From contig NW_024704742.1 in the NCBI RefSeq assembly GCF_018977255.1, positions 94,676,001 to 94,740,000 on the forward strand: a stretch of DNA of 64,000 nucleotides, in the 5' to 3' direction. The translations under genes and the position numbers were made by a program. Source of the stretch: Callorhinchus milii. Lineage: Eukaryota. Below the pieces are notes generated by a model. The model made no database searches. It saw nothing but the letters and a program-made list of their open reading frames with translations, and was not told the DNA's origin. Numbering within the stretch: the stretch's first letter is position 1; each line of letters starts with the position of its first letter. Positions 24,688 to 38,423 of this stretch are shown in pieces.

Positions 24688-24819
24688 GTATTTTGTGATT
24701 ATCATGGTCACTCACGCAAGAAAAACGTCTTCATGTATGGCTGCAGCATTAAGGAGACGGTGTGGCAGACTGACGTTAGTGCCTCCTCATGTGACCTTCA
24801 GGAAGATCTCGGCTACAGA
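24688..24819 (+). CDS. AGTPBP1: AGTPBP1 coding exon (9th in window), third zinc ligand DYHGH
   Basis: ttgcag|...|gtgagt; [44 protein letters not shown]. Confidence 0.97.
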
Positions 24820-25892
24820 GTGAGTATGCACTCAACACTCAATCATCCATTGAAAGCAGGTCACTTCTGAGTTTACAGTTGTGAACAACTGTATCTATTG
24901 ACAATCAGACAATAGTTTTAGTAAAATCTAATGCTCTATTTACAACAATACCTGAATTAACCTTTTTTGAATTGTCTTCAAGTTGACCAGACCCACCCAC
25001 CATAAGAGATTGTCTTAAATTCTGGATAATTTGGAGCAAACGGCAATCTGGATAATACTTCATTGCTTCACGTAAAGGCAGCATACAAGAATGACTAGTA
25101 GTCACTGCGATATTCTCTAGGACATTGAAGTAAAAATGTTTGTTCAAAATAAAATGCCTTGGCTGAACCATGTGTAATATTAGTGACTTTTGAATAAAGA
25201 GGTTTTAGCTGATAAACTATTTTCTGAAAGTTAATTGGAACAGGAACAATTAGACTGGAAAAGCTTCTTCATAAAATGAAAGTGAGCAAGTAGGACTAGA
25301 CTAGTCTGCCTTAAGAGAAAGGTGATGTACTGCTCCTGAAGTTTGCAATTATCTTGATTAGTGCAGTCGGAGGTCAAAACTTGAAACTTAAAGGTGTGTG
25401 GGGATCATGTTCATAGGCAATATGGAAACATTCAGTCAAAAGGTAACACAATCTGCCCTTTACATCGCCAATGCAGAGCAGACTCCACTGTGAGTGCATG
25501 AGTTTGGAAGAGGTATATGGGAATTATTACAAGTCGAGTAATGTGGGAAGTAGCAGAAGTATAGATGCATGTGGAGGAGAAAATCCCTGGGGAAGAACAG
25601 TGGTGATGGAGAGTGAAAGGTTTTGTGAAGGATCAGGAAAGCTGATTGGGTTGGGGATAATTGATCATTTGCTGGGATCATATTGTAGGTGGCAGAAATG
25701 GCAGAAGACAACCTAGCAAATAGGTTGCAGGTGAGGAGAAATAGGTAACTGGTATTATTTCTTTTGGGGGAAGGGGGAAAAATGATAGAAGCTTCAATTT
25801 TTCTTTTGGGGGAATAAAGAGAAATAATGCCATATAGAAAATTTATATTATATAATTAAATTTCATATTTTGTTTGCTTTTAATGTTTCTAG

Positions 25893-26084
<192 letters not shown>

Positions 26085-27270
26085 TAGCTCACATGTATTT
26101 TCTGATACTGTAAGCCTATTCTCAGGACTACCAATCGAAGTTGAGATTTTTGCTGATGTGTTATGATCATGAATCTGTAATCTGATACCTGAAGCATGCA
26201 GATCACTAGTACTTCAAAGGTACTGTTAATGGCAGATAAGCCAATATGGCTTAATAGCAGGACTAGGAGGAGCAGATCTTTGAGAGTTGGGCTTTTTCCC
26301 ACTTAGCTCCTATTAACCCTGCAAACCAAAGCAGAGATAAGCTTGCTCATGTTCGCAACTGTAATCTACATAGTTTTAGCTGGTTAAACTCCAGTATTAC
26401 CTCCAGTGCACAATATAAGGTCCTCAAGACTTATCTCTTGCTAACCTGGACCTTAGTTGGGATTCAGTAAGCAGAGTGTGTCCCTCTGGGTAAGAGAGGG
26501 AGGGACTCCATAACAGAATGGGCACTCCATAACATATTAGTGCTCTGCTGTACAAATAAGCTGAAGCACCCGGAACTTGCTTCCCTGGAGGAGGTAGAAG
26601 TGAGAGCTGAGAAATCAAGAGAACACACTGGAACATTACAGTAGAATAATTAAATTAGTATTTCAAAACGGCAAAGAATAAAGCAGTAATACAATTCGAG
26701 TCACATCAGGTGAAAAAAAGAACATGTTTGGACTGGGAAGAGAGTTTTGTGTGTGAAAGGTCAACTTTCAGGTGAAGAGGATATTATGATTACGTACTCT
26801 GGATACAAAGATTGCTCCTCGTTCATTAATTTAAGTAGGAAGTAATTCACCGAAAGCTGTTTTCTGCATTAACATGTTGAGGATTGAAGGACCATTTTTC
26901 TGCTTAATAAGTTAAAATTTTACCTCTCTCTCGTTCTCCATCCTTCTCTTGTTCCCTCATTTATATGCTTATTTGAAGAATATTGTGCACTTAAATATTA
27001 TCTCATATAAAATAGTACTTTTACAATATTGGGCAATTAACAATGTTTACACCCAGTATTCTTTGTTATAAACCTCAGTGCGTATTCAGTGTTTGGAGCT
27101 TTCAGTCACAGTGTACAAATATCTTTGTGAAACTGGTTAACAATATAGAACAACAGCAAACTGTTCAGGATTCAAGAAAAATGATCAGCCTAATACTAAT
27201 GGCATCAATAAAACAACATCTTATAAAATACGAAGTTTTGTAGTTCAATACCACATATTCTGTTCCAAAG

Positions 27271-27431
27271 GGTAATCAGATAGGAACAAGAGAACTGGAA
27301 GAGATGGGAGCTAAGTTCTGCATTGGCCTTCTACGTCTCAAGAGGTTGACATCGCCTGTGGAATATAGACTGCCTCGCAGCTTCCTGGATGTGGAAAGGG
27401 ATTTGATTGAAAACAGATGCAGTGTCACCAG
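27271..27431 (+). CDS. AGTPBP1: AGTPBP1 penultimate coding exon
   Basis: ccaaag|...|gtaggg; [53 protein letters not shown]. Confidence 0.96.
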
Positions 27432-28860
27432 GTAGGGCCTCACCTAATGCAGCTGATTGAGTACACTGAACCAAATGAAAAATTAATTCAAGTTGCCTTT
27501 GTTGGGCAAAGAATTTTTCAGAACCCAAAGGCCGAATGCTTTTAATAAATTCCCGGAATTGTCTTCGTAGCTATAGAGTTGAGAATATAATGGATGGGAG
27601 GATTTGAGACTGAATTGTTTCTCTTTGACCCTTCCACTCTGTCTCCTACCCCCCCACCCTCATTCCCCATCTGTTGCACATTTGTAGTTTTTAAACTACA
27701 AATGGATTTTAAAAAAAATGCAGACAGTTGAACTGATTTACTAAATAATTATATATACAAAGTCATTTATCTAATCTTTGTATTGAAATCATAAGTTTTA
27801 AATCAAATCTTTTGGTAATAAACTACTTCCCCAGGCAACTTGCGCAGTGTTGGACATTTCACAGCTGCAGAGCTCTTTTTTTCTGTCAGCAAACTTCAAA
27901 AGGGGCTTATGAGATTTTTTTTTACTCTCCCCTTATTGAAATCAGTGTGGATCTAATACACAAGTGTTCTCAGAGAAAATTTAAGAGAAAATTGAAACAT
28001 GTGCCATAGTTTCAAGTGTGTCACCAGAGGTATTCATTCATATACATCGAATTTACATACATATACTGTACAATGCGGAAACAGGCCATCTGGCCCAACT
28101 AGTCCATGTGGATGTTTATACTCCACATAAGCCTCCATCCTCTCCTAATCCCACTCTCCTAAATCAGTCTATTCCCTTGTGTTATTTTTTAAAATCAATT
28201 TTTTTTATTAACCTTTTACACTTTTGCCCAGTGATGAGGGGGAAACAGTACTAAGATCATGTCCTAACATTGTTCATCAATCATTCACCTGTGCCACGAC
28301 AAATTTTTGGTCAGTCAGGTGTCTGACACATGCAGAAACCCAGCACCATTCTTAAGAATATCCAAACCAGACAGAGTTCCACATTTGTATGCCACCCCCA
28401 CATGGAAATGTTCCCTGTGTCTGGAATGGAATGTGTGCTGTCTACCTGGAGGTATGCACTCTGCCTACCTAATTCCAGAGAGTATTAGGTGTAGCTTGGC
28501 AAGAGCTACACCTAATACTCCCAGAATGTGCGTTGGAGTACTGCTGGATTTTAATCAACTAAAACCACATAGCAAATACAACGAATAGCTTTGAAATCCT
28601 TCATCATTGACAATTTCCATGGAAGATAAACTTCCTACCTTTCAAAGCGATGACTATACCAAAAATTGTGATGGAGTTGATATATTTCTATGTGTGCTTG
28701 TGCTTTGCCAACACAAATTAATGTTGCCCTTGTACTGCATTTTGTGAATTAATGCCTTTTAAAATTGTTCTTACATTTCTTGTACAGAGTGGAAGCTTTG
28801 ATTTAATCAGTAGAGATGACTTCCATTTTGTACCGGTGAACAGATGTTAGGTAAAGCTTA

Positions 28861-29189
28861 GGAGTCCTGTAGCTCAGTGGTTAGAGCACTCGCTTTGCAA
28901 GTGAGAGACCTGAGTTCATTTCCAGGCAGAGGGCGAAACCTTGGGCAAGTTTCCTTACTCCACACGCCTAATAATAATCCCTCCAAAAAAAAAAAACAAT
29001 AATTAAATTGGTCATTTTCAATCTACGACTGTTTGTGGGACATTGCTGTGCGCAATTGGCTGCCGCGTTCGCCCACAAATATACAGTCAATTCACTTTAC
29101 AGTGTGTTCTGTGAAGCGCTTTGGGACGTCCTCCCGACGTGAAAAGCGCTATATCAAATGCAAGGATTATTATTATTATTATTATTATT
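28861..29189 (+). mobile_element. Full-length young tRNA-derived SINE (short family, L2-type 3' tail)
   Basis: tRNA-like head GGAGTCCTGTAGCTCAGTGGTTAGAGC (A box) ... GAGTTCATTTCC (B box-like), body, stem-loop tail, (ATT)n end. Confidence 0.92.
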
Positions 29190-29569
29190 AAATAGACAAA
29201 GGCTTTCTAGTTATGAAGGCAAAGGGAGTGTCTTGGACAGCCATCTTGTTGCAGATAACATAATTTTGCGAATTTCATCAAGTTATAGTATATATATATA
29301 TATCTATACACATCTAAACCAAAATTAAATACCTATCAGCTGCAAACAAAATTAGTTGAGGTAGAAGGACTTTTTTTTTGTTTCTGTGTTCATGTTGTAC
29401 TTTCTTTTTTTATGTTCATTATTTAATTTTTTTTACCGTTACAAATTAGGTTGGTGCTAAGCAGGGTTTTTTTTGTGTGTTTAGAAGTCTTTTGAACTTA
29501 ATTACATCTTGAATTGGTCTGCCTCATAACAATTCTACTTATTGCACTCGGCATCTTAAACATACTGAA

Positions 29570-30070
29570 CCATTCTGAACAAAATGCAACGCAGCCTCAT
29601 TTACAATGCAATGTTTGGGATCCATAAAATTCAACTCTTATTATAGTGAGGCTCAGTAGCAGGTTATACCGAGCGTGAAGTAAAGAGTGATGCACGAGGA
29701 GTGCGCTGGACGGTTCCTGAGCTGAAAGAAAAAATGGCCAACTTCCAGATCAGTGGGTCACCACAACATCACTTCCTGTTGTGTGCACTTGCCCTGGTGA
29801 CCTGAAAGTTGACCTTTTTAGTGCGGGAAGCTAAAATGGTCGCTTTCTGGTTCATAGTTTGCCCCCGATGTCACTTCCTGCTTTGTTAATGTGCAAATGA
29901 TGGAGATCTTTCCGAATGAACTGGAAGTCTGTCATTTTAGTGAAAAAAGCTGTGCTCCTTATGGAAAATAAGCAGGCCCACAGGGTGCATATGGAATGAA
30001 AGGAGTGAACTGTGCAATTGCATTATAAATGAATTTGTGCAATAGTGAAGCAAATTACAGCTTCACTGTA
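29570..30070. mobile_element. Possible old non-autonomous DNA transposon (MITE-like)
   Basis: Left part resembles ~14030-14184 and the reverse complement of ~19620-19700; internal palindromic units; ends in TTCACTGTA, reminiscent of pogo/Tigger termini. Confidence 0.4.
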
Positions 30071-31274
30071 TCACTGCTCCCAACTCTTGAATCCACTGCT
30101 GGAGCTGATGAATGGTTACAGAGAAAAATTACTGGAATATTTATATTTTCAAATGGATAAAAAAAGTGTTTTACAATAAGTAATGGCAAGCAAAGTGACT
30201 ATTTGTATTGGCAAAATGGCAGCCGTTTTGCGCACTGCAAGGTTTCAAAAGGGAGGCACAAGGTGAATGACCAATTTCATCTGGAGGTATATTCTCTTGT
30301 GAATCGTGTAATGGGATTTTTAACATTTACCCAAGTTCAGACAGTAATCCTGTTTAACATTGCAACGCTACACTTCCACAATGTAGTGCTCCACTAGCAT
30401 TGCACTGGAGTGTCACCCAACAGGAGCTTTGAATCCTCAACTTGATTAAGAGACAAGATTAACACCAATTGACGCCTTTATGGACTTCAGAGAATGAAGC
30501 ATCAACTCTTCGCTTTTGGTCTCTTCCTGTCCTTTCAGGAGCCTTCTCTTGCCAAAGCTTCTCTGAGCTAACTCATCTTTCCACCAATCTTCAGTTTTGA
30601 TGCTTCAGTTGCCAGCTCTCTTATATAAAGGAGCTTGTCCCATCCAACACTAGTTATATTAGTTTGGCAGGAAGTTAACTACATTTTGTTCTAACATAAG
30701 ATCTGCCCCTCCAGACCATATTTTATGCTGTTACATCTGTTGGATCAGTTGTTTAAATCCGAGTGGGAGCATAGTGCACATTAGGTGTAAGGTGACAGCT
30801 TACTAAGGATCAATTGGATCATGATGAAGTTTGCAGCAATGGCACAGTGGAGCGAAAAACTTGGCTGAATTTTGACTCGCAGTATTACTTCATTGTCCAC
30901 ACACCTCGTTGTTCATGTTTATTTATGCTTTCGGGTATTTCAAATAAAATTGGTACAATTTCGGCACTTATAGAATGGTGATCATAAGAGAGCGATGAAT
31001 CAAGAAGGACCTTTAAGCCCATTTGGTCTCATCCTTCCAGAAAACTCATGCTACTATCTTCCCATTACACCATCAAGTTATTTCATAAATAGGTCAGATG
31101 TCCTGGGTGAAACCACGCACCCAGGACATCTGACCCATGCTAACCCTTTCCAGTTGTTAATCATCTGTGCATTGGGCTTAGGATTCCATATAGAATCTTT
31201 TTTCTCTTTTCTGCCAGGCTGTTCAGTTGAGATGTCCTCATAGAGAAGAAGGGGCAGTAGGTTGGTGAGGTACT

Positions 31275-31529
31275 TAAGTAAGTAGGAACCCAGTTGTTAG
31301 TCAATTGGCGGATTGCTTTTCCAGGAATAATATTCCCTCCAAAAAATAATAATAATTTGGTCACTCAATCCATGACTGTTTGTGGGACACTGCTGTGCAC
31401 AATTGGCTGCCAAGTTTTGCCCACTAAATATACAGTCAATTTACTTTACAGTATATTCTGTGAAGCACTTTGAAACGTCTCCAAGACGTGATAAGGCGCT
31501 CTATCAAATGCAAGGATTATTATTATTAC
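31275..31529 (+). mobile_element. 5'-truncated SINE (longer subfamily)
   Basis: Matches body and tail of the 14185 copy. Confidence 0.85.
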
Positions 31530-32899
31530 TTTCACGTTCTGTATTTTTGCACTTCTCTTGAGTGGTTGTCTAAGCCACCTACCTATCTGTGGCTATCACT
31601 TTTGGGGGTGGGCAAGTGATATTGTTTTTCTAAGCCACAGATAGGTGAGTAAAATAACTCTAAAAGATGGGGAGAGAGGAAACAAAATTAAGGTTCATGA
31701 ATATGAAAATGTGGGCAAATTATACACTATGGTTACTAAACATTGTAAATTTCACACGTTGTAACCTATATTCATTGGCATAGTTGTAATACTCTGGAAG
31801 AAAATAATGACATAAGATGGATTTGTTGACAGGTCTCCAAAGCTCTGAAGATGAATTGCAATGGGTGGGTGTTGGGGAGAGGTCGCCAACGTTGCCCTCT
31901 GGTTATCATACTCAAATCATAAAGAAGCACTGTAAAATGGTTCTGTAAGAATTGGAATCAGCTGTGATTCTAATGTTTCTGAATCCGATGGTTATTGTTC
32001 TACATAAATCTTAAATAACTATCAGGTACAATTAGAATTTAAAATGTATTCATAACTCTTCAAGTTTGCTTGTGTAGATAGGGTGAAAGCTTTCAAATCA
32101 TTCTTGGATCTGATAAGTAGGCTGTGGTGTGATTAATTGAAATAAAAAATGGACCTGATGGATTTTAATTAACAAATTTGCAACGAAGCATTAACCAGTT
32201 TAAGGCAGTCACAGATTGCATAGCATGTCAGTGATTGATCTGCCGATCTCACAGAATCCCAAATGTGTTTCACTGAGCAAATCAGTCCATTTGATTTTTG
32301 CAATCCTTTTGAGCCCTTTAGAGACAAACTCGTTAACTCTTGTGTACTAATTTGTTTCCTAATTTTGCTTTTCAGACCTATGTTTGACACTGAATAAAGT
32401 GCTCATTGATTGTTTTAATATCACTATTTGTCATAAAATTGTCTCCTATTTGTCATGAAAATAGCTTGAAGATGGAAGGCATCACAAGAGTTTGTTTCTC
32501 ATGCACATTTAATAAGTTTTGTGCTATTTTGATGTTTCATAAGATCATGAAAGATTCAGGAAAGAAGGCCTTTCAGCCCATTTAATATCATCCTTTCGAA
32601 ATACCAACCTTTTCATCATCTCATTGCATCATCAAGCTGTTTGTTAAATGCATTGTCCACTGTCCTCTGTCCTGACTTCACTCCCTAGTTATCCATTTCA
32701 GCTGTTGAATTCCTGCTTTCATGATACCTGATTACATCTCTAGCTGTGTGGCAGAGAGAGAGTGCAATATGTAGAGTTTTGCTCTCGATACTCTGTGTAG
32801 ATTCTTTGGATTGGTATCAAGTCGTGCGGTTCAGCTCAGCCGCTCTTGTGTTCTTTACATATCTGTGGAAGTATGGTTTAAATATTATTAATTCTCCAC

Positions 32900-33630
32900 T
32901 AGATCACAAGAAGTTCGGATGAAGAAGGCCCTTTGGACTATTTAATATCATCCGTCAAGAATATCAACCCAACCATTTTCCCATTACAGCATGAAGCTGC
33001 TTTTTAAATGAGTCCAGTGTGTTGGCCTCACTCAACTATAACCCACTCCAGCTGGTGACATTCTCTCACTAAAGAAATACCTCCTCGTGTTTGACCTATC
33101 ATTATTCCTCACCACTCTGAATCTGTGCCCTCTTGTTCTGCTGTCTCAACATATATGAAAGTATTGTTCTGGGTTTACTTTATCTTATATAGTTCTCAGA
33201 TCTCCACTGAGATGTCCCATCAAGGGTGAAGACTCATAGTTTATCTCGTTATTCCTAACAGATCATCCTTCAAACGATGGTTACCAATTTTGCTGTTCTC
33301 ATCTGCATTGCCTCTTGGTCCTGGGCAGCCCCCTTAAGTCACAGTAACAAGTTCTGTAGGAGCAGCTTGACCTACGCATGTATAGCTTGAATTTAGATGC
33401 TGAACTCAACTAATATTGTCATTTGGGTTATTATCATGTTCACTTTGCTTCCTGCTGCTTCACACCATTTAGACATTGTGATTGCCCAGTCAATGGCTTG
33501 GTTACTTACTTTCAGTTTTCTTGATAAACTCTATGCCATGCGTGGAGTGTGTGTGCCTCATATTTATATGCCCTATAAATACAGAACCTTGCATTGTCTA
33601 TATTGAACTTGATGTGCCTGTGATCATTTC
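32900..33630 (-). mobile_element. Old CR1-like LINE fragment
   Basis: Begins with the same tail family (ATCACAAGAAG..GATGAAGAAGGCCCTTTGG) followed by degenerate ORF2-like sequence. Confidence 0.6.
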
Positions 33631-36600
33631 AGTTATATTACATCTATTTAATGTGTAATTTGATGTGTATAACTAGTTGATCTAGTGTGTTACTACCAAG
33701 AGTTACGTGATTATTAAAGCAAATTGGCTATTTCCGACCATGACTATTTCCTAATTTGGCAGTATATTTTTGATGGATTTGCTAAAATTGTTTTGTTATA
33801 GTGTAGTTTGTAGGACTCGGATACAATTATATATTTTTTTGGCTGGTGCTTTAGCTAAATAAATGCTTTCGACATGTTTACTTTGTCGGATGTCAGTAGC
33901 CAGCACTTTCTGGGAAAAATCCCATTCTGTGAAGTTCTACAAAATAAGAGTGCATGTTCATGTTTTTAAACTTGCAGCTGAATTGTGTCCTTCTGATCGA
34001 CTTTCCACACAAAAAGAAACTGTTTAAGGATGCATTTTGCTGCTATTGAAAAACCCGTAACTAGAAATGGACAGTTATTTGAACATTACATTTGACCTAC
34101 TGTAAAAGTTCAAAACAGTGAGATTTTTATGTTTGTTCATGTGTACTTGTAATGTAATTATAATACTGTGATCCATGGAAAATGCTTTAATTATAATTGA
34201 AATTGTAATTGAAATTGTAATCCATTACAATTAAATAATTGAAATTATTTAATTGTAATTGAAAATGCTTTAATTAATCTATAGAAAAAATTGTTTCGTG
34301 CATTCATATCAAGTCAAAAAAGTCTTTTTTTATTGTCAATTTTACTCCCAACCCTTATTGAAGGTCATTGCTGAGAGTATGGCAAATGTGGCTTGACAGT
34401 GAGTATTGGCAGGCATTTACACTTGAAGGACATCACTTCCTCAGACCAGTTCTGTCCTCACCTTATGTGCACCTGTATTAAGGGTAACATTCAGGAGCAG
34501 GAAACACAAATGATTTTCCCCAAGGGTGAAGAGGCCTGTGTTGCAGCCTTATTGCTGTTTTGGCAGATTAGCTAATTAGCACAGACCAGGGTTTAAAACC
34601 TGGATCAAATCATATCTACACCATGTAACAAAGCAGTTTTGGTAAAGCAAAACTCTCAACAACCTCATCTGCTTTGCTTTTGTGTCCTTCATTAGGTGGT
34701 GGATCTATCCACTGAGTCTTTAAGAGAGCTTGAAAGAAGTGCTGTAACTTTTCAGCTGTGGAATGTATGGGACAACTGGTTCAATGCGGATGTTGTCCTT
34801 TCGTGGAAACCAATCAGACTTTGCATGATATAATCAAAATCATACAAAATGCCTCGCTACGTGAAAGGCGCTGTACAAATGTAATTTTGTATTGTATTTT
34901 AAGGATGGAAGTGGAGTTAGATCTTTTTGATTTCTTTTTAGGATCAACCACCATCAGTAGTTGATCTGACATTTTGAATGACTTGAGTAGAAAGTGTTAC
35001 AGAAGACACAGCTAACCACTGAATTCAGTTATATTCTAAAAATGTTTCACTTTGTAGGTCTTATGATTTCTTCCAATCTGTGTCTCTGGAGTTCAGCAAG
35101 AGTTTTAATTGATCCTCAATTAAAATGAGTAAGGATTGACACTGATATCGCACCAAGGGGCTTTCAGCAGCTCGATTGTGCAGAAGTGGTCAAACACCGC
35201 TCAGCCAGGCTGATAAAGTGATCATTTGCGATGCAGATATTTGAAAACTGTTAACAATATAATCAATATATATTGAGCTTGGCAGAGTGCTTCATCACCC
35301 TAACTGGTAACCAAAGATCTTATTTAGACAAATGTCAATCAGTGCTTTGGTATTGAAGTATTGACTGGTGGAAGTAGTGTGGAGGGCATTTGCGTGATGG
35401 CCTAAAACATTCTGGGTGGATCTTTACTTATTCTTGCATGTTGCATGTTACAAAAAAATGTTTTGATAGATTTAGTGCTGCGTGCTTGTATTCTGAGAGG
35501 ATGGTTCAGTAACTAGTCATGTATTGATCAGGGTTTTGTGACCGGTTTTGTATGCAATGTTGCTATTTCACACAGAATCAAACTACTAATCATTGGACTT
35601 AATCATAGTCAGCCTTTATTGCTGTTGTATTATTGAACAAAGTGAAGTAACACTAATAAAAGTCAAAAGATGTTTACTATAAAAATTAGTTTTTAGTGGC
35701 ATGTATATATTTTACACACCTGCACGTACATCTTACATGTATAGTATAAGCATTGCTCAGTGAATATTGGCTCTAAGTTTAAAAAATAATTTGGCAATTC
35801 AATGTACACAAAACAGCTATTATTGTAATTTCATCTGGATTCAGATTGCTGTATATATTTTGTATTATTATGCAACTTTTGTTCACAGCTCTATATTGCT
35901 TTTTGGTTTCAGAATTAAAAACTGAAATTGAGTAATGTTAATGCCAGCTTTATGTATGCAAGCAATCGATGGATGCCATGCAATTTATTAACTTAAAACA
36001 ATGTTCACTGTAGTGTGTCTGCTTCACCACTTGAGGGTGCAAAATGATTTCCATAACATAAAGAACAATCTCTTAGCATGAAGGGATCCAATAGACCACT
36101 TTCTAACTCGCTGTCAGTTTTGCTTTTCTCTGTTAATGCTTGATTGTAAAATAAATAGTCTTAAGAAATCTCAAAGCCTCCTCTTTGCTTATTTTAACCA
36201 CCAAGGTTTGAGAGAGTAATATGATCTAGATTTGGAATGTTGTTTGCAGTTTTGGGTATCAGAAGGGGGTTTAGACAAGAGAACTCTGATTTGCTTCTGG
36301 GACTGAGAGAGCGAAGTTGGCAGAAAACAGTCGCAGAGCTGATTTCATTAGAAAAAAGGTGATTGAAGATAGATGTGATCGGGGTCTTTAAAATGCAGAA
36401 AGGCAAAGATGAGGAAAATGTAATCAGGCTCATCCATGAGAACCAACCAAAAGATATAGGTTTACAATTAAAATGAGACTGGAGATGAGAAAATTCCACA
36501 TCCCCCCGACTCTAATGGATATTTCCCAAGAAAAGCAGTTGATCAGTTAACTCCTTCATAAACAGCTCAATAAGTATCAATATCATACTGTAGTATACAG

Positions 36601-37883
36601 GCATAGGTGCAGCCTGAAATGGTCAAATATATAGGAAAACAGTAACAGGAGGAGGCCATAGGGCCCATTGGGCATGTTCCACATTTTATTAGAAACTGGG
36701 AGGTCTTTTAATCCCAAATCAAGAGACACAATTATCTCTGTTCTTTGGAGACTGGGGGGGGGGGGGGGGGGGGCGGGGGAAGGATAAGGAAGAGGGATGG
36801 AGGTCATGTATGTGTAGCATCAACTCATTTAAATATACAATAACCTTAACCCTACACTAGGGTTACAATATTTTTTAAATCAACCATTTAAAAATACACA
36901 GTCAATCCACTTTACAATATATTCTGTGAAGCGTTTTGAGATGTCTTAACAATGGGATATGGCGCTATATCAAATGCAAGGATTATTATTATTCCTTAAG
37001 TAAGGTAACTGTCCTGGTGTCAGTAGCCTGTCAATCAGGGCTACAGTATTCCATCACAGACGCTGACTGTAGAAAGACTGCAGATGCTAACGCTGGTAAT
37101 TCAAACTGAGTTGTGCTCAAGGATTTCACTCTATTACCAGTTTTCCAGCCTGATTTGTCATTTGTGATAGACCACACACGATTGTCAAGCCAAGGAGCTG
37201 AATGTTTGTAACTAAAGGAAGTTTGCAAAGCTTTTCATACAAAAATGTAGGTGTAATTTCGCAGCCTCGGCAGTGATCGTCTTTTTCACAATCTGGTAGT
37301 TCTGATCATTATACGTTTGGGAGCAGAGGTATAGATTAAATGTAAAAATGTTGATATTGAGTCATATTCTTTAGATGCACCCTTAGTCATGCATGATTTT
37401 TCATATATTCTGTATAATAATCTAATGCTTTGCAGTCTACAGTTCTGCCTGCTTAAACAGTGCACAGCCTTGGCAGCAATAAATCCACATGATTAAGTAT
37501 TTTCTTGGCAGCTTTGTGTCCTGTAATTGTCAGACTCTGAAACAAGCTTGTCTCGTTGTTTGTACAGCTGATAATTTTAATAGACGCCATGATAGATCCT
37601 TTTGATCTTTCTTCAATTTCTTGTTACATGACAAGATTCAATGTCCTGGATCCCATAAAAATGAACTACTCGAGGGCTGGGTTCACAGAACATCAGAACT
37701 GCATAATCCACCCTGCTATTGCCACAGGATGGAAGTTTGGCAAATCATGTGTACTCTTGACTTTGTTCTCACAATACATCACTAAAAAATATAGAATTAA
37801 AAAAAGTAATTTAAACTATTTTTCTTGCCTTTAAGTAATTTCATTGCAAGATCACTCCTAATATCACTCTCCTAATATAAACA

Positions 37884-38092
37884 GTAATAATCCCTCCAAA
37901 AAGCAAAGCTATAATAAATTGGTCATTTTCAATCCATGACCGTTTGTGGGACACTGCTGTGCACAATTGGCTGCCGCGTTTTGCCCACAAATATACGGTC
38001 AATTCAATTTAAAGCATATTCTGTAAAGCGCTTTGAGACATCTAGAAGACGTGAAAAGCGCTATATCAAATGCAAGGATTGTTACATTATTA
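37884..38092 (+). mobile_element. 5'-truncated SINE
   Basis: Body and tail match the 28861 copy; tail-to-tail with the 38424-38746 copy. Confidence 0.85.
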
Positions 38093-38423
38093 TAGTAGTT
38101 TTAACACTGATCTTCTCAAGCAGTTTGTTGGATAGTAAAAGTATCTTGAAAGAGGGCAGGTGAGAACAAGTACCCCCATTGATTTCTCTAGTTTTACTTT
38201 CTGTAGTTAACAGCTCTATTACTGAGAAAGCTCATAGTTGTCAGCTGGTTGTACTCTGTGAACCTGATATACAGCGGTCTTGTTGAATCCTTTAAGCTGT
38301 GAGAACAGTCAAGCCCACAACATGATGAGCTAAGGAGAGCGGAGACAAGAGTCAATATTATAAACTAGTAATAATAGGCAGTAATAACTATCTGAACTGT
38401 ATCAGACAATGGAGTACAGCTTC

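Noticed and set aside
28861..28935. tRNA-like sequence (also at 24042, 38675-38746, 14185)
   Set aside because: It runs directly into SINE body and tail and lacks a proper acceptor stem; a SINE head, not a tRNA gene.
36753..36779. Poly-G run (also 5808-5824 and poly-C at 14360, 20537) as G-quadruplex elements
   Set aside because: Homopolymer expansions, mostly inside repeat remnants; no evidence of function.
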